This document shows positions 34,436 to 42,807 of a DNA stretch of 49,615 bases, in pieces. The stretch is from positions 1-49,615 of the forward strand of contig CAZVYE010000004.1 of NCBI GenBank assembly GCA_964630895.1. Reading direction: 5' to 3'. Origin of the DNA: an uncultured Gammaproteobacteria bacterium. GTDB taxonomy: Bacteria; Pseudomonadota; Gammaproteobacteria; Xanthomonadales; SZUA-38. Within the stretch, counting starts at the first letter, position 1. The number at the start of each line of letters is the position of its first letter. The position numbers were made by a program, and so were the translations under genes. Below the pieces are notes generated by a model. The model was not told the DNA's origin, did not search any database, and saw only the letters and a program-made list of their open reading frames with translations.

Positions 34436-35522
34436 CTTACCAATGCAATTTTTGGGCTTGGCTTTTGGTGCATTTATTGCCACAGCGTTGGCGATACGCG
34501 CCTTCGTTCCAATTGCCCATCGCCTGGGTTTGGTGGACCTGCCCAGCGGTCGCAAAATTCATCAGCAAGCCATCCCGTTGGTCGGTGGTTTGGCCATATT
34601 TGCCGGTGTGAATATGGCGCTGCTCGTATCAGGTCTGCCATTGGCTGAGTACAGGTTGCTGGTGGCAGGTGCGGGGACGCTCCTGGTGATCGGGTTATTG
34701 GATGACTTGCACGAGATTTCTGCCAGCTTACGCTTTGCGATTCAAATCGGAGTTGTCTTGGTTGTCGCCGCCAACGGCAACATGCTGTTGCAGTCATTTG
34801 GAAATCTGTTGGGATTAGGTGCTGTTGATTTGGGAATGTTCGCATGGATTTTGACGCCTTTTTGCGCAACTGGAGTGATCAATGCAGTGAACATGTCGGA
34901 CGGGATCGATGGTCTGGCGCCGGGTATTGTCGCCATCGTGATTTCGAGCATCTTGTTTATTGCTTTATTCGCTGGACTGGAGCAACTTGCGCCGCTAGCG
35001 CTGCTTATTTCTGCTATTGGGTCTCTTACAGCGTTTCTGCTCATCAATGTGAGTCGACGGATTGGCGGGCGGTTTAAGAACTTTTTGGGCGATTCTGGCA
35101 GCACAATGCTGGGATTTTTACTTGCCTGGCTACTAATTACCTACTCTCAGGAAGGCAAGCAATTGTTTGCACCTGTGACTGCGCTATGGTTGCTTGGGCT
35201 CCCCCTTATGGATACGGTTTTCGTCATGCTGCGACGCATGCGCAATGGAAACTCCCCGTTTTCTGCTGGCCAAGACCATTTGCATCACCTTTTTCTCCGG
35301 TCCGGTCGTTCACCCAGAGTAACCTTACTTTGCATGTATGGCCTCGCCCTGATGCTTGCGGTTGCTGGAGTTGTTGCCGAATTGGTATCCGTTAGTGAGT
35401 CGTTGCGGTTTTACGGATTTCTTGCTGCTTGCGGCATCTACGCGGCAGTCATTGGTAATAGCTGGCGCCGCCAGCGTTGGCTGGGTCGGCCGGTTGCGTC
35501 AAAAGTTCAGTTGACCACCTAG
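34425..35522 (+). CDS. Undecaprenyl-phosphate HexNAc-1-phosphate transferase (WecA/WbpL/MraY family), initiating transferase
   Basis: It is polytopic. LGLVDLPSGRKIHQQAIPLVGGLAIF, NAVNMSDGIDGLA and FLGDSGSTMLGF are PNPT-family motifs. Confidence 0.85.
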   Translation: MLSNLPMQFLGLAFGAFIATALAIRAFVPIAHRLGLVDLPSGRKIHQQAIPLVGGLAIFAGVNMALLVSGLPLAEYRLLVAGAGTLLVIGLLDDLHEISASLRFAIQIGVVLVVAANGNMLLQSFGNLLGLGAVDLGMFAWILTPFCATGVINAVNMSDGIDGLAPGIVAIVISSILFIALFAGLEQLAPLALLISAIGSLTAFLLINVSRRIGGRFKNFLGDSGSTMLGFLLAWLLITYSQEGKQLFAPVTALWLLGLPLMDTVFVMLRRMRNGNSPFSAGQDHLHHLFLRSGRSPRVTLLCMYGLALMLAVAGVVAELVSVSESLRFYGFLAACGIYAAVIGNSWRRQRWLGRPVASKVQLTT

Positions 35523-35547
35523 AAGTATTGTCGTTCCAGCATTTGAA

Positions 35548-36930
35548 GTGATGAAATCAGACCAAAAGCAGCACGATCATCTGGGCCGACTGGCCTATTT
35601 TGGGTTGTTGGCGATTCTGTTTCTTGCGCCTATTGCTTTAGGGGCGAATCGTACCTGGATTTGGCTGGCGTTTTTGGCAGCGACCAGTTGTCTCTGGGTG
35701 GTGATTGCCTGTTTTCGGTGGCCCGCAGGGCTTTTTCAAAACAGATGGCAACGCTTTACGGTCTGGGCTCTCATGGCAGTTGTTGGTTGGCATCAGCTCT
35801 ACTGGGTATTGCCTGGAATCAGTCTGGATCGCTATGCAAGCTTTCTGCAGGGACTCCTTAGCATATGGTATCTGCAGATATTCATGGCGGTACTAGTGCT
35901 GGTTACGTCTCGGCGACGCATGATTATGTTACTCGCTACGCTGCTCACGGCGGCTGGAATTCAGGCCATTGTAGGAAGTTTGGTTGCCTTGACACCAAAC
36001 GCAGATTTTCTTGGTCCTATTCGAACGGCTGCACCCGGAATACTTACCGGGACTTACGTGAACCGAAACCACGTTGCGGGTTTATTCGAGTTGGCATTAG
36101 CTGCAGGTATTGGGCTGATGCTTATCGGGGCGCATGACAAATTGGCATCTAGTTGGCGAGAGAGGCTGCGAAACCTGCTTCAGTCTGTGTTGAGCTGGCG
36201 TGTTTTGGTGCGCTTGACCATGGTCCTCATTGTTATTGGTTTGGTCTTGACGCGATCGCGGATGGGCAATGCAGGTTTCTTCATATCGCTGCTAATCTGC
36301 GGTGCCGTTGCGCTCGTGCTGCTTAGACAGGCGCCACGATCCATAAGTGTTTTGCTTATCAGTTTGCTAGTTATAGATCTGGCCCTGATTGGCACATTTT
36401 TTGGGGTAGAGCAGGTTGTTGACCGTATCCGGACAACCGGTCAGACATCGGGGCAAATTGGTGTCGAAGCGGTACCTCTGGTGAACCGGAAAATTGATCG
36501 ACTGGACGTCAGTCGCGAGTCGATGAAGCTGTTTTCATCAAGGCCATTGCTAGGACACGGCCCCGGAACCTTTTATATCGCGTTCACCCAAGTGCGGCCT
36601 CCTGATATCCGTTTATTTTTTGATCACGCACACAACGACTTTGTTGAGTTTCTTGTGGAAATCGGTGCGATTGGGTCTGCCTTAATTGTTGCGTTCTTAG
36701 CTACTGTGGTTTGGAATGCTATTCAATGCATGCGTAGCTCACATCCGGTGAAGCGCGGTGTCGGGTTTGCTGCACTCATGGCAACGACTTCTCTTCTTAT
36801 TCACGGTCTGGTCGATTTTAACCTTCGTATTCCGGCAAATGTTGCCTGGCTAATTGCGTTACTTGCGTTGGCAACGCGGGCGAATTTCAGGGGTTCAACA
36901 CGGCAATTGGGTGGCATTTATGTAAATTAA
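35548..36930 (+). CDS. O-antigen ligase/polymerase family membrane protein (Wzy_C domain)
   Basis: It has 10 or more TM segments. LTRSRMGNAGFFISLL and FDHAHNDFVEFLVEIGAIG are characteristic of Wzy_C/O-antigen ligase-like proteins. Confidence 0.7.
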   Translation: MMKSDQKQHDHLGRLAYFGLLAILFLAPIALGANRTWIWLAFLAATSCLWVVIACFRWPAGLFQNRWQRFTVWALMAVVGWHQLYWVLPGISLDRYASFLQGLLSIWYLQIFMAVLVLVTSRRRMIMLLATLLTAAGIQAIVGSLVALTPNADFLGPIRTAAPGILTGTYVNRNHVAGLFELALAAGIGLMLIGAHDKLASSWRERLRNLLQSVLSWRVLVRLTMVLIVIGLVLTRSRMGNAGFFISLLICGAVALVLLRQAPRSISVLLISLLVIDLALIGTFFGVEQVVDRIRTTGQTSGQIGVEAVPLVNRKIDRLDVSRESMKLFSSRPLLGHGPGTFYIAFTQVRPPDIRLFFDHAHNDFVEFLVEIGAIGSALIVAFLATVVWNAIQCMRSSHPVKRGVGFAALMATTSLLIHGLVDFNLRIPANVAWLIALLALATRANFRGSTRQLGGIYVN

Positions 36931-37052
36931 TGTTTCGAATGCAAGATTATCGCTAAAGTTTGCATTTATTTTAGAAAATGGGATGCAATTCACAGTGTAT
37001 ATTTGCGAGAATGCGCGCGCATGCACCCAGTCAAGAATTTCAGCGGAACATA

Positions 37053-38228
37053 ATGATAAGTAAAATCAAGCAACTTGGACTCGTATACTCCGGGATGGCG
37101 TTATTGTGTCTAAGCGCCATCGCCGAAGCTCAGCCCAGGTTAATAGCGGGATTTCAATGGCAACCAGAAGTGCGCGCCGCGATAGGTTTTGACGACAATT
37201 TGTCTCGTCGACAGGCATCGGACGACGCCGCGTTTTATCTAATTGCCCCCAGCATTAAAGCGCTGCGCAGTTTTGGCAAACACGATTTTGATGTGGGCTA
37301 CGGCCTGGATATCTATCAATTCGATGGCTCTGACGAAGACGATCACGTCAACCAGACGCTGGCAGCAAACTGGAAGTTTAGAGCCAGCTCTCGTCACAAC
37401 TTCGGTCTGTCCGCTGGTTGGGAAGAAAAATCTGATTCTCGTGGCGAAGGCATTCGTGAATCACTACCGGGTGCCTCACCACTGGATCGCGACGAATATC
37501 ACGAAACGCACTGGGAGGCTTTTTGGCATATGGGTTCACCAGGCGCAAAAGGGCGTTTTGAGTTTGCTGCGGGACAAAGTGACAAGGAATATCAGAATAA
37601 TCGTGAGTTTACTCGTGTTGGCGATTTGGACTCCGAAATTCTGAAAGGAGCGTTCTTGTGGCGGTTGAGCGGTAAGACTCGAGCGGTACTGGAAGCTGAA
37701 TGGGCAGAAGAGGATTTTAAGTTTACCAACCGAGACAATGACTTTACCTGGATTGGTGTAGGTTTGAACTGGGCTGCAACTGCGAAAACCGAGGGGCGTT
37801 TTCGCATTCGTCAGATTGAAAAGGATTTTAATGATCCTTTATTGCAGGACCAGGACGGCATCGGCTGGACGGCCGCGGTTCGCTATAGCCCACGCAGTTA
37901 CTCCACGTTTGAATTCGCAACCGGCAGGGAATACGAAAACGCGGTCTGTGGATCTACTACGGTCGAGCGTGAAGAGTACAGCCTTACCTGGAGTCATCGT
38001 TGGCGCGAAAGATTTGGCACAAGTTTCGGTGTGAGCTTTATTAACGATGAGTTTATTCCATCCAACAGAACGGATGACATCACGACTTTTAGCGCTGCGC
38101 TCCGCTATCAGTTTCGCCGGTATCTTTCATTTGATGCAAGTCTAAGGTACTTCGACAGTAGCTCGTCATTCGCGGAATTTGATTACGACCGAACGCTCTT
38201 TCAAATTGGTATGACTTACGCGCCTTGA
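37053..38228 (+). CDS. Putative outer-membrane beta-barrel protein of the EPS export module
   Basis: Signal peptide MISKIKQLGLVYSGMALLCLSAIAEA is followed by alternating amphipathic strands rich in Y, F, W, G and D. I chose ATG 37053 rather than the track's 36978. The family was not identified. Confidence 0.5.
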   Translation: MISKIKQLGLVYSGMALLCLSAIAEAQPRLIAGFQWQPEVRAAIGFDDNLSRRQASDDAAFYLIAPSIKALRSFGKHDFDVGYGLDIYQFDGSDEDDHVNQTLAANWKFRASSRHNFGLSAGWEEKSDSRGEGIRESLPGASPLDRDEYHETHWEAFWHMGSPGAKGRFEFAAGQSDKEYQNNREFTRVGDLDSEILKGAFLWRLSGKTRAVLEAEWAEEDFKFTNRDNDFTWIGVGLNWAATAKTEGRFRIRQIEKDFNDPLLQDQDGIGWTAAVRYSPRSYSTFEFATGREYENAVCGSTTVEREEYSLTWSHRWRERFGTSFGVSFINDEFIPSNRTDDITTFSAALRYQFRRYLSFDASLRYFDSSSSFAEFDYDRTLFQIGMTYAP

Positions 38229-38316
38229 TACACTTTTTTACGAAATGTATCGTGTATTCAGTCATCGTTTAGCCCATATGTGCGAAAATACGCTATAAGT
38301 TTCAGAGGTATAGCGT

Positions 38317-38853
38317 GTGTTTAGAATGCGAAACAGAACAATGGTGCCGGTGTTCTGCCTTTGCCTGTTGGCATTTGGGTCGGCATTGGGTCAATCGGAC
38401 TATGTAATTGGAGCCGGTGACCAGCTGACCATCACTGTATTCGGCGAGCCAGACCTTTCCCCTACGGTAAAAGTTTCGGAAGACGGCACGATACCGTATC
38501 CGTTTTTAGGTGACGTTAGATGCGCAGGCCAAACGGTGGCTGACATTGAGGCAGCTTTGATGAGAGGTTTAAGAGGCGACTACCTGATCGATCCAAAAAT
38601 CACCGTGTCCGTCGCTGAATATCGGCCCATCTTCATCAATGGAGAAGTGAAATCTCCCGGCAGTTTTCCCTTTCAACCTGGATTAACAGTGGGCAAAGCC
38701 GTCGCACTGGCAGGCGGTCTCACTGAGCGGGGTTCCAACCGCAAAATTTTCCTACGTTCCGAAGGCGAGGGTCCAGACCAAAGGCGCCGAGTCGACATGG
38801 AGGCTGCCCTGCGACCTGGAGACATTCTCAACATTGAAGAGAGCTTCTTTTAA
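38317..38853 (+). CDS. wza: Polysaccharide export protein (Wza/Poly_export + SLBB, short form)
   Basis: It has a signal peptide. YVIGAGDQLTITVFGEPDLSPTVKVSEDGTIPYPFLGDVRCAGQTVADIEAAL is the Poly_export motif, and an SLBB region follows (IFINGEVKSPGSFPF.PGLTVGKAVALAGG). Confidence 0.8.
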   Translation: MFRMRNRTMVPVFCLCLLAFGSALGQSDYVIGAGDQLTITVFGEPDLSPTVKVSEDGTIPYPFLGDVRCAGQTVADIEAALMRGLRGDYLIDPKITVSVAEYRPIFINGEVKSPGSFPFQPGLTVGKAVALAGGLTERGSNRKIFLRSEGEGPDQRRRVDMEAALRPGDILNIEESFF

Positions 38854-38886
38854 CAACGCAGCAGTCGATCGCGTTATCATTGTTCC

Positions 38887-41109
38887 ATGCAGGACTTGAC
38901 CACACCAGTTGTAAGAGTAGAAGAAGACCAGAACGACTCGGGGTTTGACCTGCGGCGCATTTGGCGCGTCATTTGGACGCGCAAATGGATTATTGTAGGC
39001 ATCACACTGCTAACCGCAGTGTTGTCATTGATGTTTGTGCTGCGCCAAACGCCGATCTATCGCGCAACGGCGACGTTACAGATAGAGCGCGAGCCCACGC
39101 AACCATCACCTTTCCAAGATCCATATTCGGTATATGCCGATCAGTATCTGTATTACCAAACCCAATACGGTCTAATCAAACGCCGCGCCATCGCAGAAAG
39201 AGTCGCTGAAGAGCTGGATATGCTGCCTGACCCGACCGAGCCTGTGTTGGAGCCAGCAGAGCCAGCGAAACCGGGCCTGTTTACTCTAGAGCGATGGCTA
39301 CCGGAAGGCTGGTTACCCGAGACACCGGAAGTACCAGTACGATCTGCGCGAGACAACGTACTGGCAGGAATTGTTGGCGCCATTCAATTGAGTCCCCGGC
39401 GCGATTCTCAACTTGTTGATATATCTATCGAAAACGCCAACCCGGTGCTTGCTGCTCAAATCGCCAATGCGGTCGCAAGAGCTTATATAGAAGATAATCT
39501 TGCTGGCCGCATCGAAATGAATCAGGCCGGCAGCAGTTTCTTGTCAGAGCGTCTTGCTGAGTTGAAAGAGAACCTTACCGAGTCGGAAGAGGCGCTGCAG
39601 ACATTTAAGGACAGTGAACGTTTGGTGGCAACCAGCGACGTAGACTCCGTTGCCAACCAGGAGCTCAGCGCCGCCACAGAGAAGGTGACCAGCGCAAGAC
39701 GCGGACTTTCAGATTTAGAAGTGCGTCTGGAGCAGCTCCGCGCGGCGCAGTCTGATCCACAAGCGGATCTGGCTTCGTTACCCGGCATTGTTGACAGCGC
39801 TCAAGTTGCACCGGTTTACCGGAATCTTGTGGATGCGCAGGCCGAGGTGGATCGACTCTCCAACCGTTATGGACCAAAGCATCCGAGGATGATTGCCGCC
39901 CAGGGCACTCTGGAGGCGGCGCGTAAATCTCTACGCGAACAGGTCATCGTAGCGACCGAAGTGCTCAGGCAGGATGTTGCAAATGCTCGTGCTGTGCTGC
40001 GAGCAGCAGAATCAGAACTGGAAGCAGTCAAAGGCAGAGTTAGGTCGTTTGAGCGTCAGACCTACGATTTGGCTCGGCTAGAGCGCGAAGTCCAGGCCAA
40101 TCGAGACATCTATCAGCGCTTTTTGGGCCAATATAAAGAGACAGATGCGGTTGGAGAAGTACAGGCAGCAAATGCTCGGCTGGTCGAGTTGGCTCTGCCC
40201 CCGACCTATCCCGTAAAGCCCAACAAAAAGCGATCCCTGATGATGGGCATGCTGCTGGGGTTAATGCTTAGTATCGGTTTATGTTTCTTGCTCGAACATT
40301 TAGACAACACGCTCAAGAGTAGTGAGGATGTTGAACGGCATACGGGATTGCCCGTTTTGGGTGTGTTACCCAGACTGAAAACCAGCGAGAGCGACAATTT
40401 ACAACCCCTGCGCCATTTTAAGGAACGCAAGCGGTCTATATTTTCAGAGTCGATACGAACCGTTCGCACGGGTGTATTACTCTCTGGATTGGACGATGCC
40501 CACAAAGTTGTCGTAGTAACGTCATCTGTACCCGGTGAGGGAAAAACTACATTGTCTATGAATCTGGCACGAGCATTGTCAGAAATGCGCAAGGTGTTAC
40601 TGATTGATGCAGACATGCGCAGGCCTATGATTGCCAGTGCGTTAGGCCAGGCGAAAGATCATCCTGGGCTTTCCCAGTTTATTTCTGGCGAACGCAAGCT
40701 CAGCGAATGTGTAAGCCAAATTCCAGAGAGTTCACTTTTTGTGATGTCGGCTGGCGTCATCCCTCCAAACCCCTTGGAAATGCTGTCGTCGAACCGATTC
40801 TCAGAAGCGCTTGACAGTTTGGCTGAGAAGTTTGATCACATCGTCATCGATGCAGCACCGGTACTGGCGGTCAGCGACGCGCTGGTATTGTCTCGCTTAG
40901 CCAGCTCCGTGATTTACGTAATTCGCGCAGATGCCACGCCGACGCCTGCGGTGAAGGACGGTGTAAAACGGTTACGTCGAGTGGATGCACATCTTATCGG
41001 AGCAGTCATCAACCGAGCCCAAGGCCGCGGCAAAGCTGGGTACGGCAAGTACAGTGGCTATGGTTACGGCTATTACACTGATTATGGCTACGCAAAACCC
41101 GATAAGTGA
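38887..41109 (+). CDS. wzc: Polysaccharide co-polymerase / BY-kinase (Wzc-type tyrosine autokinase)
   Basis: It has a Wzz/GumC-like N-terminus with two TM segments and long coiled coils. Walker A is SSVPGEGKTTLSMNLA, A' is LLIDADMRRP and B is HIVIDAAPVL. The C-terminal Tyr cluster reads GYGKYSGYGYGYYTDYGY. Confidence 0.9.
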   Translation: MQDLTTPVVRVEEDQNDSGFDLRRIWRVIWTRKWIIVGITLLTAVLSLMFVLRQTPIYRATATLQIEREPTQPSPFQDPYSVYADQYLYYQTQYGLIKRRAIAERVAEELDMLPDPTEPVLEPAEPAKPGLFTLERWLPEGWLPETPEVPVRSARDNVLAGIVGAIQLSPRRDSQLVDISIENANPVLAAQIANAVARAYIEDNLAGRIEMNQAGSSFLSERLAELKENLTESEEALQTFKDSERLVATSDVDSVANQELSAATEKVTSARRGLSDLEVRLEQLRAAQSDPQADLASLPGIVDSAQVAPVYRNLVDAQAEVDRLSNRYGPKHPRMIAAQGTLEAARKSLREQVIVATEVLRQDVANARAVLRAAESELEAVKGRVRSFERQTYDLARLEREVQANRDIYQRFLGQYKETDAVGEVQAANARLVELALPPTYPVKPNKKRSLMMGMLLGLMLSIGLCFLLEHLDNTLKSSEDVERHTGLPVLGVLPRLKTSESDNLQPLRHFKERKRSIFSESIRTVRTGVLLSGLDDAHKVVVVTSSVPGEGKTTLSMNLARALSEMRKVLLIDADMRRPMIASALGQAKDHPGLSQFISGERKLSECVSQIPESSLFVMSAGVIPPNPLEMLSSNRFSEALDSLAEKFDHIVIDAAPVLAVSDALVLSRLASSVIYVIRADATPTPAVKDGVKRLRRVDAHLIGAVINRAQGRGKAGYGKYSGYGYGYYTDYGYAKPDK

Positions 41110-41112
41110 GTA

Positions 41113-41790
41113 GTGCCCGCTAGCATGCGTTGGATCGTTGCTTCAGCAAGCCTGCTAATAGCCCTGATTGCCGGCATGCTTGTGTTCAGACATGCACATA
41201 TCAATTTGATGTTTAGCCATCTCGATGTGCAGATCGAGCAGATTGGCAAACCCAAACCAGTAAATACAGAATGGCTGCAAGCCCGTATGCGTGATGCGGG
41301 CAAACCTGAATGGATTCCCGCAGACCCGAGTGTACAAACATTAAAGGTCCGGCTTTCCCTTTGGAATGCGGATAGTGCTGGCTTGGGCTCTCAGGCATCT
41401 GAGGCTATTCTAAATGAAGCCGAATTGCAGCTTGCGCAAGCACTTGCTGCTCGCCCAACTTGGGCCCGAAACCTGGCGGCAAAAAGTGGATTAATTGCTC
41501 GCCAGCGCCCGCTTGATGCATCTGAACTGAATGCCGCAATCGCTGATTTGTTCCAGTTTGCGCCCTTCGAATGGTACGCCTGGCGTGATGTTCTTCCTTG
41601 GGCACTGCTGCGCTGGGAAGCGTTAACTGCGGAAAATCAAGCGCTTGTAGCACAACACATCATTGCTGCAGAACGACACTATCGAGGATGGATTTCCGAA
41701 GCCATCACACGTTACAGCAATCCGATTTCTTTCTGCGCCCACTTCCCGCTAGAATCTGCGCCGGCGATTTGTGAAGAGGATACGCTTTAA
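41113..41790 (+). CDS. Hypothetical membrane-anchored protein
   Basis: It has a single N-terminal TM segment (WIVASASLLIALIAGMLVF) and then a helical, Ala/Leu-rich soluble part. I recognise no family. The start is GTG 41113 or ATG 41125. Confidence 0.4.
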   Translation: MPASMRWIVASASLLIALIAGMLVFRHAHINLMFSHLDVQIEQIGKPKPVNTEWLQARMRDAGKPEWIPADPSVQTLKVRLSLWNADSAGLGSQASEAILNEAELQLAQALAARPTWARNLAAKSGLIARQRPLDASELNAAIADLFQFAPFEWYAWRDVLPWALLRWEALTAENQALVAQHIIAAERHYRGWISEAITRYSNPISFCAHFPLESAPAICEEDTL

Positions 41791-42422
41791 TGGCAAAGTT
41801 GGTATTACGATTGTTCGTTATTTTCATTGCCTTTTGTGCACTATCAGTCGCAGTCCCAATGTTGATGTCATGGGAAGCAACCCACGCTGTTGAAAGGCCC
41901 TTGTTCCTGGAGCGGTCCTGGCTCGAAATGAAACAAAGCGCGCTATTGCTGCTGGCGCAAATCAGTCTGGTGATGCATTTTGTTCTGAGACGCGAAAAGT
42001 CTGGGGTACTGGCAGTTATGATTGCGCTGGTATTACTTTGTTTTCAAATTCGGGAGCTTGATTACTGGTTAGATCGCTATGTGTTTGACGGCGCCTGGCA
42101 AACGCTCGTCACCATTACCGTGCTGGGATTGTTCGCCTTCTGGTGGAAATGGCGCGGAGCATTTGCCGAGCAACTGGATTCGTTTCAGCGACACAGCGCC
42201 TTTGGAATGCTGCTGGCAGGCGTGCTGACAATAGCTTTTTCTCGAATGTTTGGTGTTGGTGACTTCTGGGAACTGGTGATGGGCGACCAGTATATGCGCT
42301 CGGTAAAAAATGCAGCAGAGGAAGGCACTGAGACATTTGCCTATGTTTTAATTCTTTGCGCCACGCTACTTTGGTGGTTGCAGCCACAAAATAGAACGGA
42401 AAAAATTAATGAGCCTGATTGA
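41790..42422 (+). CDS. Hypothetical polytopic membrane protein
   Basis: 210 aa with about 5-6 hydrophobic segments. The ATG overlaps the upstream TAA (TAATG). I recognise no family. Confidence 0.4.
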   Translation: MAKLVLRLFVIFIAFCALSVAVPMLMSWEATHAVERPLFLERSWLEMKQSALLLLAQISLVMHFVLRREKSGVLAVMIALVLLCFQIRELDYWLDRYVFDGAWQTLVTITVLGLFAFWWKWRGAFAEQLDSFQRHSAFGMLLAGVLTIAFSRMFGVGDFWELVMGDQYMRSVKNAAEEGTETFAYVLILCATLLWWLQPQNRTEKINEPD

Positions 42423-42801
42423 AGTTCCCGTCTCTTACGGGGAGCTAATTGACAAGATTACGATCCTTCAGATTAAGTCTGAACGGATGTCCGATCCAGA
42501 AAAGGTCGCTAACGTGCGAAAAGAACTTGAGCTGCTGACGGAACGCTGGGATTCTGTCGTAGCTAGTGCTACAGATGTAAGTGCTGAAGTAGCCCAGTTG
42601 AAGCAGGTTAACGAGGCGCTTTGGGAAATCGAAGATGATATTCGGGATAAAGAAATGGCATCGGAATTCGACAGTAAATTCATAGAGTTAGCGCGATCTG
42701 TTTATGTAACTAATGATGAGCGTGCGGCGACGAAAAAGACCATTAATCAAAAGCTTGGTTCAGAACTTGTAGAAGAAAAATCCTACAAGGACTATAAATA
42801 A
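42409..42801 (+). CDS. Small helical cytoplasmic protein (resembles DUF6165-type proteins seen near LPS/heptosyltransferase genes)
   Basis: 130 aa. The pattern YGELIDKITILQIK...ALWEIEDDIRDKE...FIELARSVYVTNDERAATKKTINQKLGSELVEEKSY matches that family from memory only. Confidence 0.45.
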   Translation: MSLIEVPVSYGELIDKITILQIKSERMSDPEKVANVRKELELLTERWDSVVASATDVSAEVAQLKQVNEALWEIEDDIRDKEMASEFDSKFIELARSVYVTNDERAATKKTINQKLGSELVEEKSYKDYK

Positions 42802-42807
42802 AGACCA

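Noticed and set aside
37011-37022. A perfect 12-nt palindrome, ATGCGCGCGCAT, in the largest intra-operon gap (36931-37052), considered as an operator or internal promoter
   Set aside because: It is a single short alternating CG palindrome with no recognisable -35/-10 partner and no second half-site. That is too little evidence to call a regulatory site.
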